Below are positions 20,381-30,653 of a stretch of 64,000 nt of DNA, piece after piece. The translations under genes and the position numbers were made by a program. Every line of letters starts with the position of its first letter. Within the stretch, counting starts at the first letter, position 1. The notes below the pieces were generated by a model. That model had not been told where the DNA came from and ran no database searches. It saw only the letters and a list, made by a program, of their open reading frames with translations. The stretch comes from Cyanophyceae cyanobacterium (lineage in GTDB: Bacteria; Cyanobacteriota; Cyanobacteriia; Cyanobacteriales; Laspinemataceae), in the NCBI GenBank assembly GCA_038321985.1, contig JBBQFN010000005.1:1-64000 (forward strand), written 5' to 3'.

Positions 20381-23089
20381 ATGGCAAATTTCTTGGGCAC
20401 TTTTGGAAACGATAGCTTAGTTGGGACAGCGGAAAATGATGCGCTGTATGGTTATGCGGGTAATGACACACTTCTGGGTAGCGATGGCAACGACCTCCTT
20501 AATGGGGGCACGGGCGATGACATTCTTGATGGTGGAGTGGGCAATGACCGCTACGCCGTGGACAGTACCGGCGACGTAATCATAGAGAGCGCCAATGGTG
20601 GAACAGATGTAGTCCAGTCTTCCATCAGTTGGACTTTGGGGGCGGAGTTAGAGAATCTAAGCTTAACCGGCACCGACACAATCAACGGCATCGGCAACTC
20701 TTTGAATAACTCTATTATCGGAAATGCTGCCAATAACAACCTTGAGGGAGGTTATGGCAACGATAACCTCAATGGAGGCAAGGGCGATGACACCCTGATA
20801 GGTGGCGGGGGCAATGACCGCTACGTCGTGGACAGTACCGGCGACGTGATCGTAGAGAGCGCCAATGGCGGCACCGATGTAGTCCAGTCTTCCATCAGTT
20901 GGACTTTGGGGGCGGAGTTAGAGAATCTAAGCTTAACCGGCACCGACACAATCAACGGCATCGGCAACTCTTTGAATAACTCTATTACCGGAAATGCTGC
21001 CAATAACAACCTTGAGGGAGGTGATGGCAACGATAACCTCAATGGAGGCACCGGCGATGACCGTATTAGCGGGGGTGGGGGAAATGATACCCTCAATGGG
21101 GGCATCGGCAATGATACCCTTAGCGGGGGAGCTGGCGATGACATTTACTACGTGGATAGTGAGGCTGAAAGCCTCTTGGAGAGCTTTGGGGAAGGTGTAG
21201 ATCAGGTCAGAAGTTCTGTCACCCGAACGCTAGAAGACAACCTGGAGAACCTCTTTCTACTCAGCACCTATGCTATCAACGGTACGGGGAACACCCTCGA
21301 CAATATAATCTCCGGAAATACAGCAAGCAACTTCCTCATTGGTAACGCCGGTAATGACCAGCTCTACGGTAACGCGGGCGAAGACACTATCGAGGGGGGA
21401 GAAGGCGATGACACTCTGGGCGGAGGTCCCGGCAATGACAGCCTTAGCGGGGGGACGGGCGATGATGTCTACGGTGTCGATGGTATCAACGACATCATCT
21501 TTGAGAGCGCTACGAGCGGTATCGATCGCGTTCAGGCTTTGATAAGTTGGACTCTGGGAGACAACCTCGAAAACTTGGCCCTGATGGGAGCACAGGCCAT
21601 CAATGGCGCGGGTAATGCTGAAGACAACATTATCATAGGGAATAATGCTAAAAACATCCTGCATGGGTTAGAGGGGGATGATACCCTCGATGGCGGACTC
21701 GGCAACAATAGCCTAGTGGGAGGTCTAGGCAATGATGTCTACTATATTGGCAGTGACGGTGACAGAATTTTTGAAACCCCAGAAGAAGGTATCGATCTCG
21801 TCCTTTCTTCTATCACCTATACACTAGAGGCTGAACTAGAAAGCTTGACCCTGACAGGTACTGACATTATCAGCGGAACCGGCAACACCCTCGACAACAC
21901 CATTACAGGAAATGAAGCCGATAATATCCTTGATGGTGTCCAGGGCAATGATAGTCTGGCTGGAGGGATGGGCAATGATACTTATGTTGTGGATAGTGAC
22001 GGCGACAGAACCCTAGAGAATTCGGGAGAAGGAACTGATTTAGTCGAGACTTCCATCAACTGGACGCTAGAGGCGGAATTAGAAAACTTGACCTTGCTTG
22101 ATGGTGCTGTCAACGGCACGGGCAATATTTTGGATAACACAATCACCGGCAATGCTGACGACAATATCCTGGAGGGTGCCGAGGGTAATGACAGTATTAT
22201 CGGTGGAGCTGGCTTTGATGTTCTGGATGGTGGAATTGGCAATGATACCCTGATTGGGGGTGACGATGATGATATTTATATCGTTGACAGTACCGGAGAC
22301 ATTGTTATTGAAGAAAGTTCTACGGGAGGCCTTGATGAGGTTTTTTCTAGCGTATCTTGGACACTGAGTGAAAATGTAGAATCTCTAAGCTTAAGCGGCA
22401 GCAGCCACATTAACGGCACCGGCAACGAACTCGACAACTTGATTACTGGAAATATCGGTCGCAATATTCTGGCGGGTGGAGATGGCAATGATACCATAAC
22501 GGGTAGCAATGGCAATGACAGCCTTCTGGGAAACGAGGGCAATGACAGCTTGGATGGAGGTGCCAATAACGATACCCTGGATGGGGGACTAGGCAATGAC
22601 ACCTTGAGTGGGGGTAGTAGCCGCGACAGCCTCCTGGGCGGTGCAGGTGATGACTCCCTCAATGGGGGTATTCAGAACGACAGCCTCCTCGGCGGCGCAG
22701 GCAATGATACGCTAATGGGTGGGGATACTAATTTTAGAGATTACTTTCAATATTCTACAGGAAGGGCATTTGCTACTACTGATGTGGGTGTAGACCTAAT
22801 TGCTGACTTCAGCGGCACAGGCAACAGCCGAGACCAAATTGTTCTGAGCAAGACGACTTTCACTACTCTGAGCGCCTTGGGAAATGGAAATACTTTGACG
22901 CAATTTGAAACGGTCACTAATGATGCCCAGGCTGGCAGTAGTTCAGCCTCCATTGTTTACAATACAGTTAACGGAAACCTATTCTACAACCCGAATGGGG
23001 CGGCAGCAGGATTAGGCTCTGGCGCTCAGTTCGCCACCCTCGCTGGTGTTCCTAGTTTAACAGGATCAGATTTTCTTGTGATCGCCTGA
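20381..23089 (+). CDS. RTX/hemolysin-type Ca2+-binding repeat protein, probable type I secreted surface protein
   Basis: Many GGxGxD nonapeptides alternating with ENLTLTG..INGTGN modules; no Sec signal; C-terminal LFYNPNG...FATL...SDFLVI. Confidence 0.92.
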   Translation: MANFLGTFGNDSLVGTAENDALYGYAGNDTLLGSDGNDLLNGGTGDDILDGGVGNDRYAVDSTGDVIIESANGGTDVVQSSISWTLGAELENLSLTGTDTINGIGNSLNNSIIGNAANNNLEGGYGNDNLNGGKGDDTLIGGGGNDRYVVDSTGDVIVESANGGTDVVQSSISWTLGAELENLSLTGTDTINGIGNSLNNSITGNAANNNLEGGDGNDNLNGGTGDDRISGGGGNDTLNGGIGNDTLSGGAGDDIYYVDSEAESLLESFGEGVDQVRSSVTRTLEDNLENLFLLSTYAINGTGNTLDNIISGNTASNFLIGNAGNDQLYGNAGEDTIEGGEGDDTLGGGPGNDSLSGGTGDDVYGVDGINDIIFESATSGIDRVQALISWTLGDNLENLALMGAQAINGAGNAEDNIIIGNNAKNILHGLEGDDTLDGGLGNNSLVGGLGNDVYYIGSDGDRIFETPEEGIDLVLSSITYTLEAELESLTLTGTDIISGTGNTLDNTITGNEADNILDGVQGNDSLAGGMGNDTYVVDSDGDRTLENSGEGTDLVETSINWTLEAELENLTLLDGAVNGTGNILDNTITGNADDNILEGAEGNDSIIGGAGFDVLDGGIGNDTLIGGDDDDIYIVDSTGDIVIEESSTGGLDEVFSSVSWTLSENVESLSLSGSSHINGTGNELDNLITGNIGRNILAGGDGNDTITGSNGNDSLLGNEGNDSLDGGANNDTLDGGLGNDTLSGGSSRDSLLGGAGDDSLNGGIQNDSLLGGAGNDTLMGGDTNFRDYFQYSTGRAFATTDVGVDLIADFSGTGNSRDQIVLSKTTFTTLSALGNGNTLTQFETVTNDAQAGSSSASIVYNTVNGNLFYNPNGAAAGLGSGAQFATLAGVPSLTGSDFLVIA
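20541..21060 (+). repeat. Near-identical in-frame tandem duplication (270-bp period) inside the RTX gene
   Basis: 20541-20790 and 20811-21060 match almost base for base. Confidence 0.9.
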
Positions 23090-23102
23090 TGATTTAAAGA
23101 GG

Positions 23103-23145
23103 AGTATTCAGCAGGGTTAGCGATTTTCTAGCCCTGCTGAATACT
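23103..23145. terminator. Long hairpin between convergent RTX and GT4 genes
   Basis: AGTATTCAGCAGGGTTAG / CTAGCCCTGCTGAATACT, 18-bp stem with one G-U pair. Confidence 0.75.
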
Positions 23146-23154
23146 GCCTCTTTA

Positions 23155-24291
23155 TCAAAGAGTTGATGGAGGTTGGGGGTCTCTATTCTGAAGGCTCTGA
23201 GAGCGAGCGTATAATTCTAAATGTTTCTGAACGACTTTTGTCCAGCTTAGTCCTTGAACCCAGTCCCGGCAGCGGTTTTGATACCCTTGAGTTTCAACCC
23301 GAGATAAGTCGAGCAATGGACGCAGGGCAGAGGCGATCGCTTCTCCAGAGTTCTGCTTAACCACAAACCCTGTTTTTCCATCATCAACAAACTCATGCAT
23401 TGCCCCGGCATCCGTGCAGATGACAGGTGTACCGCAAGCCTGAGATTCTAGCAGGGTGAATCCCATTAACTCTGGTACTGGCGTGTATTTACCAAAACAA
23501 TCCGTGTGAACCGAGGGCAATACAGTTACGAGGGCGGTCCGATATTCTTGTAAGATTCTGGTATCATCTGCATCATGGATAAACTCCACAGGTAGACCCT
23601 GTGCTAATTGTTTCAGATCTTTATAGAAGGTCTCGTCGTAGATTCTTCCGATAATTTTAAGATTGCAGTCAGTTTGGTTTAGAAGACGAAACGCTTCTAT
23701 TAAATAATTAATACCTTTGTGGGGCAAAATCCGACCCACATACAAAATTGTCTTTTCTCGGCCCAGCGAGGGGTCTGGACAAAATCGTGCAATATCTAAA
23801 CCCCCCTTAATTAAAACTGCTTTTTTTTGAAGCTCCACAGGAATAAAATTAAGACCAAAACGGGAATAGGAGATTGCCTGGTGATAACATCTCAAGACCC
23901 CGAACTGATGGTTCAATTTCCACCCTAGTCCGCTGCCCCCACCGTAATCAGTCACAAAAATACGCTTCCGAAGAAGAGAACTACTAAAAGCCCCTATCGC
24001 TGAAGCCAAGGCATTTATATGGTGAATATGAACAACATCTGCACTGATAATTGAATTTATATATTGGAGGTTAAAAGAGTTAAGTTTATCCCCCTGAACA
24101 AGGGATTTAACCGGATAGATTTCTATCTTAAGGTTACCTTGATAATACTTGTGACGCTCTGACGAAAAGCTCACTAAAGTAGTATCTACAACCTTTGCCA
24201 TCCAGGTAGCTAGTTCTGTGGGATAACGTTCGCCGCCGCCAATGACAGATGATTGATTAAAATAAGTCGGGCTAATATGAACAACATTCAT
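23155..24291 (-). CDS. Glycosyltransferase family 4
   Basis: IGGGERY, VGRILPHKG, ELMGFTLLESQACG. Confidence 0.9.
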   Translation of the reverse strand: MNVVHISPTYFNQSSVIGGGERYPTELATWMAKVVDTTLVSFSSERHKYYQGNLKIEIYPVKSLVQGDKLNSFNLQYINSIISADVVHIHHINALASAIGAFSSSLLRKRIFVTDYGGGSGLGWKLNHQFGVLRCYHQAISYSRFGLNFIPVELQKKAVLIKGGLDIARFCPDPSLGREKTILYVGRILPHKGINYLIEAFRLLNQTDCNLKIIGRIYDETFYKDLKQLAQGLPVEFIHDADDTRILQEYRTALVTVLPSVHTDCFGKYTPVPELMGFTLLESQACGTPVICTDAGAMHEFVDDGKTGFVVKQNSGEAIASALRPLLDLSRVETQGYQNRCRDWVQGLSWTKVVQKHLELYARSQSLQNRDPQPPSTL

Positions 24292-24313
24292 AAGAGTTTA
24301 AGGGGGATGCCTG

Positions 24314-25261
24314 TTAATTTTTGTAAAATAAATTACTGTGCGATGTTTTGAATTCCTCTCTTACTTCTTTACTGGCAAATAGATAATTACCAAAGAAATC
24401 AAGTTCCACACTGTTAATGTCAATTAATATTTTTCTCTTCTCATCAATTAACCAACCTTCGTATGCCATAGATTGGAGGAGTTCCTGAGATTTACTGCCC
24501 GCAAGCTGCTCTAAAAGAATATAATCTATACGTCCCTCCTGTAAAAGCTCAAGCATTCCCTGTAAAACTTCTAGTTCCCCCCTTTCTACATCTATCTTGA
24601 CAATTTTAGATTTTTCGATGGAGTTCACTCTAAAATGATCAGTTAGAGTAACTGTCTCAATTTGAATCCAGTTCTCTTCACACACAAAAACACCATGATT
24701 AACCAAAGAGGATGTCCCTGTATTCCTCGGATTATCAGACAAATAAAATTTGAGTATTTCTCCTGATTTTTTATATACAGCCCTGTTATCTATAAAAATG
24801 AAGTTACTAGCGTTATTCATTTTAACAGAATCGACTAGCAGTTTATGGAGAACTGGATTAGGCTCAAAAGCAAATATTTTCCCCTTAGAATTGGCACTGC
24901 CTGCCATTAGGAAAGAGTAGCTGCCTATATTGGCACCAATATCTATGCAAATATCGCCTGGATTGACTAATTTGGACACTACCCAAGCCGAAAATGGCTC
25001 GTTATGTTCCCCGAAGAAATATAAGCTCACACCAGAGATCTCAGCAATGTTAACGTTTAATTGATAGTTACCTATTTTTGCTATTCTAATTTCTGGGATG
25101 TCTAAAGTATAGGTGTATGCAATCGGTATGGCTTGCAGCCTTAAATTATTCCTGATAAAAAAATTAGAACCTAAGTAACACAATAGTTTTTCTAAACTTA
25201 CTTTACCCAAAATCACGAGACTTAATTTTTTGAGCAGGGTTTTTTTAAAATTTTTCATCAA
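24314..25261 (-). CDS. FkbM family methyltransferase
   Basis: IDIGANIGSY, AFEPNP, KIDVERGE. Confidence 0.9.
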   Translation of the reverse strand: MMKNFKKTLLKKLSLVILGKVSLEKLLCYLGSNFFIRNNLRLQAIPIAYTYTLDIPEIRIAKIGNYQLNVNIAEISGVSLYFFGEHNEPFSAWVVSKLVNPGDICIDIGANIGSYSFLMAGSANSKGKIFAFEPNPVLHKLLVDSVKMNNASNFIFIDNRAVYKKSGEILKFYLSDNPRNTGTSSLVNHGVFVCEENWIQIETVTLTDHFRVNSIEKSKIVKIDVERGELEVLQGMLELLQEGRIDYILLEQLAGSKSQELLQSMAYEGWLIDEKRKILIDINSVELDFFGNYLFASKEVREEFKTSHSNLFYKN

Positions 25262-25343
25262 ATCTCATACCTCTTTAAAGTCAGTTTTTTAAATCCTAAA
25301 CAGTTAGGACTATTTTTTAGATATTTATTATTCTGCTCCCCCT

Positions 25344-25865
25344 TCATTTAATTGCTTCTAGTTCAAAGTAAAGAAACCAGGCGGGAAATATCCAAGTCCA
25401 TCTTTCTTCGTATACTTGGGGAAATTTATTAGCCATTCTACTTACAATAGACCTATTAAACCGGCTACCTTGGAACTGTAATTGACGCCGTTTTATGGTA
25501 TATCTAGCTTTTGAGTAATAGGATAAGGCATGATCTCCGCTAAAATAGTCAAATGAGAAATAGCTAAGATGCCATTTATGAGTTGGGTCTATATACGAAT
25601 TTGCACAGGAAAAGTGAGGAGTAGTAATTTTCAATACCCCCTTCGGTTCTAATATTCTATGAAATTCTTCTAAAGCCTTGGGAATATTATTTAAGTGTTC
25701 AATCACATCAAAGCATTCAATTTCTGAAAAATTAGATTCCTTAAATGGGTATGGGAATTGATCTAGATCCCAAACTACATCAGGATTTACTTCAGAACAC
25801 ACATCCAACCTTATTACATTGGCCTGATGCATCCTTTTCCCACATCCGACAGATAACATAGTCAT
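25344..25865 (-). CDS. Class I SAM-dependent methyltransferase (Methyltransf_11-like)
   Basis: LSVGCG, DLDQFPYPF, DVIEHL, RILEPKG, DPTH. Confidence 0.88.
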   Translation of the reverse strand: MTMLSVGCGKRMHQANVIRLDVCSEVNPDVVWDLDQFPYPFKESNFSEIECFDVIEHLNNIPKALEEFHRILEPKGVLKITTPHFSCANSYIDPTHKWHLSYFSFDYFSGDHALSYYSKARYTIKRRQLQFQGSRFNRSIVSRMANKFPQVYEERWTWIFPAWFLYFELEAIK

Positions 25866-25958
25866 AGAAAATCTCCTTTGATGAATTAATTATTTCTAAC
25901 GTAAAACTTTAATCAGGCTCTGTCTAGTTGGAGAATCTTCACTTTTATTTTTGATAAG

Positions 25959-26792
25959 CTATTTAGTTTTAGAGAAAATAGACTTGACAGATAAGTGGAG
26001 TCCGCCATATAAATAATTTAAAATTTTGAAAGTGTTCAATTTGTATCGAAATAACGACGGCAGATTAGAGACCTGTTCCTCAAATATATTTTTAGCGTAT
26101 TTATAAAGTTCTATGTCTAGAGTATTATATTTTTTTATAAGCTCCAAATCTTCTTGTGAAATCTGGTCAGCCCCGCTTCTTCTATTTTTACCCACATTAC
26201 TTTTAACTGGATAAAATAAGTTGATGAGCTTCCATCCTAACCTATTACTAAATAAAATCAAGCTTTCGTCAAATTTTTCTACAATGCCAAAATAAAAGTG
26301 TTGGTTCAGGTTGCTTTTGGCTATTTCTAACATTTGGTTATTACATTCTCCGTAAGCTATCGGCTTCTCTGTTGTGGGACAATTAAACGCAAAAGCAGAT
26401 AAATAGCGGGTTTGTATATTATATGATCGATCCAGATCATTTTGAATAAATTCTTCTACGCTCATTTTACCTTGTATTCTACAAACATGGTAGTAATGAG
26501 AAATTACTCTATCTATGGGTTCACGAAGCATCGTAATGTGAATGGAAGGCACAGGCAAAATTTCATGAAATCCAAAGCCTAAGTGGGTGGCGATCGCCTT
26601 AATTTTTTTCCCCTTATCTTCAAGCAAAACTCTTTTGGATTCCTCTGGATTTTCTTGAGCAGTTTGCACCATGCGAAATTCTCCTGGCTTATACTGCCTG
26701 CGAGCTATTAAAGAAAGTGAAGTCCCTCCGGTTTTGGGAATATGCATAAAAATAAGTAATTTATTTTTATCATAAGATTCATTTAAGCCCAT
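25959..26792 (-). CDS. Sulfotransferase family 2 protein
   Basis: FMHIPKTGGTS, TMLREPIDRVISHY, FGIVEKFDES. Confidence 0.9.
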   Translation of the reverse strand: MGLNESYDKNKLLIFMHIPKTGGTSLSLIARRQYKPGEFRMVQTAQENPEESKRVLLEDKGKKIKAIATHLGFGFHEILPVPSIHITMLREPIDRVISHYYHVCRIQGKMSVEEFIQNDLDRSYNIQTRYLSAFAFNCPTTEKPIAYGECNNQMLEIAKSNLNQHFYFGIVEKFDESLILFSNRLGWKLINLFYPVKSNVGKNRRSGADQISQEDLELIKKYNTLDIELYKYAKNIFEEQVSNLPSLFRYKLNTFKILNYLYGGLHLSVKSIFSKTK

Positions 26793-26854
26793 AAAATTGT
26801 TCCTTTTTTCAATCTAATTAACTACCGATACTTTGCTTTTGTGGAAATATCTAT

Positions 26855-28126
26855 TTAGACAGTCGATTTTTCAAGGGTTTTAAATCCAAAATAGGCTCTT
26901 AGAATACTTACTGCAAATGGAGAAAAATGGGAGAAAATACCAAACCATAAAACTCCTTTTATTGTAGAAATGTCTAAAAAGAAAAGAAGAACAATTTGTA
27001 AAGATATTCTCAGAGGAATCTCTACCCAAGCATATTGAACCCATGCCTTTGCACCGTTTAAAGAAGCCATAAATCTGACGATTACAGCTATTGTACTTGA
27101 TAATACCATCAGACGAACCTCATCGTCAAGATGGGTATAATTGCTCCCTAATATCCACAGAAGTTGACGAGGAAATAAAACAGCTATTCCTACTAAAGCG
27201 ATTCCCAATATAATACTCCCACCTATGATTTGAAAATAGCGACGACGTAACATCACTAGAGATTGACACCTAGCAAAGCTGGGTGATAGGATGGTGTTCA
27301 TCAATGAATTGAGAATTGCGAAAATAAATGCTATGCGCCCGAGAGCACCTATCTCTGCAACATTTTCTGTGCTGCCGAAAATACTGATCAGCCAGATAGA
27401 TAACTGATTCTGTAAGCAGAAGAAAATTCCATTAGGAGCCAGTTCGGTTACTTTAGATAAAATAAATTTTTTATCTTCATTATTAATAGAGGCTTTAATA
27501 TTAATAGTAGTAGCTACCCAGCGACCTAAGAGATAGCGGTGCAATCCCAGAACAATTGCGGCTATTGCAATAGCCACCGGAGCATTTAGAAATGCTAAAT
27601 AGGCTATCCCTAATAGGGCTAAACGTACAATAGCGGACAACAGTTCTAAGTTTTGGATTATGCTAATCTGCGAGTGGAGTTTGGGAACTACACTTAAGAC
27701 TGCTATCGTGAGCTGAAAATTAAGGCCCACAAGTAGCAGAAACATTATTAAAATGGCATCAATTACTGATGCTCCGTTTTTGATGAGCATCCATAGGAGT
27801 ATTGGTGTAACAACAGTAACTGAAATACCAGCCAAGTAATATCGCACTTGTAGAGCGGTATTGACCAGTTGTCCAAATCGATGTTTATCCTGCCATACCT
27901 TGCCTCCAATAGCCCAAAGGGAAACACCGATACCCAGGTCAGCCAGAAGGCTCATTGTTGATTGCATTGCTAAGGCAATCGTGTAATAGGCATAGTGTTT
28001 CTGATCAAGAGTACGAACTAAAAAAATGCCACTGGCTGCCCCTAAAACCTGAACTACAATCTGCACTGAGACAAATTTGCTCAGAGTTTTAAGCCAAAAT
28101 AGAGCCTTGGGCGAAATGGCAAACAT
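26855..28126 (-). CDS. wzx: Oligosaccharide flippase (Wzx-like, MOP superfamily)
   Basis: 423 aa with about 11-12 TM segments; GIFLVRTL..YAYYT..LADLG N-terminal pattern; cluster context. Confidence 0.72.
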   Translation of the reverse strand: MFAISPKALFWLKTLSKFVSVQIVVQVLGAASGIFLVRTLDQKHYAYYTIALAMQSTMSLLADLGIGVSLWAIGGKVWQDKHRFGQLVNTALQVRYYLAGISVTVVTPILLWMLIKNGASVIDAILIMFLLLVGLNFQLTIAVLSVVPKLHSQISIIQNLELLSAIVRLALLGIAYLAFLNAPVAIAIAAIVLGLHRYLLGRWVATTINIKASINNEDKKFILSKVTELAPNGIFFCLQNQLSIWLISIFGSTENVAEIGALGRIAFIFAILNSLMNTILSPSFARCQSLVMLRRRYFQIIGGSIILGIALVGIAVLFPRQLLWILGSNYTHLDDEVRLMVLSSTIAVIVRFMASLNGAKAWVQYAWVEIPLRISLQIVLLFFLDISTIKGVLWFGIFSHFSPFAVSILRAYFGFKTLEKSTV

Positions 28127-28175
28127 TAATTATTTATCATGATTAATTTACCCTACTTTATAGAATTTTGATTCA

Positions 28176-28778
28176 TTACATCTCTGGCAAAAAAATCTAT
28201 GTTAGGATTAAAACTTTTAATTTTAAGCCCCTGGAGCTAAGTCATACTTATAAAATGCTGACAACCAATTACAATGCAGACCATAATAGAGACGAAGATT
28301 TCGATAACAGCTAGACAAAATCTTGAAAACTTTTATACTCCGATTAACCGGGTTCAATCACAATTTGTTCTTGGGTTAAAGTTCGATTATAGTTTTCTCT
28401 TAAAGAGAAAAATTCCGTTTTTTGGGTTTCTTTTTTTTGGGTTTCTTTTTTGGAGTATAACTATTAGAGTGATAATCCTTTATATTCTGATAGACACTAT
28501 CTTGTAAGCTATCGGTGTCATGGTGTATAGGGTCCGGCGAGGTCCTCGTTTGTCTTTAGGATTTTCTAAGCGGAATTTTTCTAAAGCGTTAACCCTTTCT
28601 TTAAAAGATTGAATCGGGACACCCAATCTACGCTTAAGTTGCTCCGGTTTAAAATTTACCTAAAATGGATTTTTCCTGAGTGAGTAATTTTATAAGTACA
28701 ACCTACCTTTTTAGCATTTTATTTAGCCTTTAGCAGAACCTTTCATTATATAATAAAATTCTTTCCCCAGAGATTTCT
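28176..28778 (-). mobile_element. Internally deleted, degenerate IS5-family (ISL2-group-like) element
   Basis: Minus-strand fragments NFKPEQLKRRLGVPIQSFKE (transposase N-terminus-like), DSVYQNIKDYHSNSYTPKKKPK, NYNRTLTQEQIVIE and VNRSIKVFKILSSCYRN..YGLHCNWLSAFYKYDL (C-terminus-like); imperfect terminal IRs ATCTCTGGCAAA (28180-28191) and TTTCCCCAGAGAT (28762-28774). Confidence 0.75.
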
Positions 28779-29875
28779 TATCCATTCAGCAGAAAATTGG
28801 CAAAAGTTTTACTTTGTACAGATAGCTTATGTTTCTGATACCATAAATTGGCATCGTCGGCAATTTTTTGGCCCGATGGTAAACATATGCTATCTTCACT
28901 ACGCTCTATAAAAAAATAGTGTTTTCCTGCTTCTAAACCATCAACATTTTCTCCCTCATAAAATCCTCCAACTGGTAACAAATTATGAGCGCAGTAAGCT
29001 GCAAATATTGTAGATTTTGCTAAAAATTCAGGATGGTAATTAAAGAAGCCTACCAGGGAAGTAGATAGCAAGCTGCTAATTTCCTGCGCTGTCTTGATTC
29101 CCAGACAGTCAACCGCGATTCCACGAATTGGCTCAATTTCAAAACCAAGTGAGGGGCCAATATCAATAATTTCCTCTATTTCTAGCTCTTGACAGGTCCG
29201 CTCAAGAGCTAACCGTGATCGCAGATACACCCGAGAACGTGGCCCACGCCCACCAAATACGACTAACCTTTTTTGCCGTTCAGCAAGAGGAGAGAGATAC
29301 TCTGGCTCTCCCACAGTAGAAAAAACAGGTAAAGCTGGAATTTTTGAGTGTTTCCCTTGAGAAATTCTACTAATAATTTCAGCATATTTCTGCTTGCTTG
29401 TCAAGCAGAAATCGCTTAAATTGGCTAGACGTTTAGCGAGGCTTTGTTGCAGGGGGGATGTCCAAAAGGCACTGGTCCATATAGGGCCAAAAGCATAGAC
29501 TTCATGGAACATGGTCACCAATCGCCTATTTTCCCCAGCTTTGCGCCAGCGCTCCAAGCCTTCCACCAACCAAACGGGACAGCCCCGCCTTGCATAGCCA
29601 TACCCCACATAATGTAAAAGAACAGTGGCTGGGGACTTTGATTCATTAGGCAGCAATTTTAGCAGATCTCTTGGCGATCTCAAGGCCACTCGCTCGACTG
29701 CAAACTCTTCGACAGAAGTTTCCCCATTCCAATCTGGATCCCCAACTAAAAAGTCAGTTATCAACCCCGAGTCCTGACGCAGTTGCCGCGCTAGATGCAG
29801 TGCATAATCACCCACCCCATCAATAGACGGGGGCAACCGAGGGACAATAGCCACGATCCGAGCTTGAGTATTCAT
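28778..29875 (-). CDS. Glycosyltransferase (GT-B fold, divergent GT4-like)
   Basis: PRLPPSIDGVGDYA, LHYVGYGYARRG, VTMFHE, KSTIFAAY. Confidence 0.75.
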   Translation of the reverse strand: MNTQARIVAIVPRLPPSIDGVGDYALHLARQLRQDSGLITDFLVGDPDWNGETSVEEFAVERVALRSPRDLLKLLPNESKSPATVLLHYVGYGYARRGCPVWLVEGLERWRKAGENRRLVTMFHEVYAFGPIWTSAFWTSPLQQSLAKRLANLSDFCLTSKQKYAEIISRISQGKHSKIPALPVFSTVGEPEYLSPLAERQKRLVVFGGRGPRSRVYLRSRLALERTCQELEIEEIIDIGPSLGFEIEPIRGIAVDCLGIKTAQEISSLLSTSLVGFFNYHPEFLAKSTIFAAYCAHNLLPVGGFYEGENVDGLEAGKHYFFIERSEDSICLPSGQKIADDANLWYQKHKLSVQSKTFANFLLNG

Positions 29876-29934
29876 TGATTAATGTCATTTATAGTTGCTT
29901 GCTCGCTCACTTGCCCACTCAATAACGAGTATAT

Positions 29935-30549
29935 CTAAGGCTTTTGCCAAATCGTTGTCTCGGTCATTACATTATTACTTTTATGCACCATCGGCCAATT
30001 GGTAGGAACACCCCATTCTGCCAGCGGCAGCCAGTTGCTATTGTCCACTAACAGCAAACCTTTAGGCTTAATTTTTTTCAGAGCAACTAGGACGCAGGCT
30101 TGACGGTAATGACCATCCACCACTACAAAATCCAGTGAATTGTCCTTAAATTCCTCCACTACACTGACATAGGCAGGAATTTGATCGTAATGGGGAAGGG
30201 TAGGCTCATTTAAGTTATGTTCCACGGGTACATAGCGGCACTCTACATTTTTTAGTCCTTTTTTTTCAAGAGAAGCAGCAACCGTAGAATGCCAGACGGA
30301 ATCATATTCAATACTCAACAATGATTTTAGGCGCGTGCCAAACCAAGCTGTACTTCTCCCACTCCCCCACTCAAGCCCAGTCTGCTCTTTGGTCAGGTAT
30401 TTGTCACAAAAATGAATGGCCCCTTGGGCAATCCAAGGCTCATCAGGATGAGTGAGCTCGTAGATTTTATAAGCAATTCGCCGGGAAACATAAGCAGGTC
30501 TTCTGAAAATCTCACTTACTTTCATCCCTTCTGGTGCCATTCTTGACAT
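29935..30549 (-). CDS. Class I SAM-dependent methyltransferase-like protein
   Basis: LEWGSGRST, SIEYD, DFVVVDG, KPKGLLLVDN. Confidence 0.82.
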   Translation of the reverse strand: MSRMAPEGMKVSEIFRRPAYVSRRIAYKIYELTHPDEPWIAQGAIHFCDKYLTKEQTGLEWGSGRSTAWFGTRLKSLLSIEYDSVWHSTVAASLEKKGLKNVECRYVPVEHNLNEPTLPHYDQIPAYVSVVEEFKDNSLDFVVVDGHYRQACVLVALKKIKPKGLLLVDNSNWLPLAEWGVPTNWPMVHKSNNVMTETTIWQKP

Positions 30550-30653
30550 TTGCGCTTATATAATACACTTTAATAGCATAGAAGAGTTCCTAACGACACC
30601 AATCTTTTACAAATCTTTAAGAAACGGGACTTTCCTGAAATAAAAGAAAAACA

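Noticed and set aside
20551..22953. Antisense and alternate-frame ORFs in the RTX gene
   Set aside because: Artefacts of repetitive Gly/Asp/Asn codons
28274..28507. 77-aa plus-strand ORF
   Set aside because: Antisense to the transposase remnant
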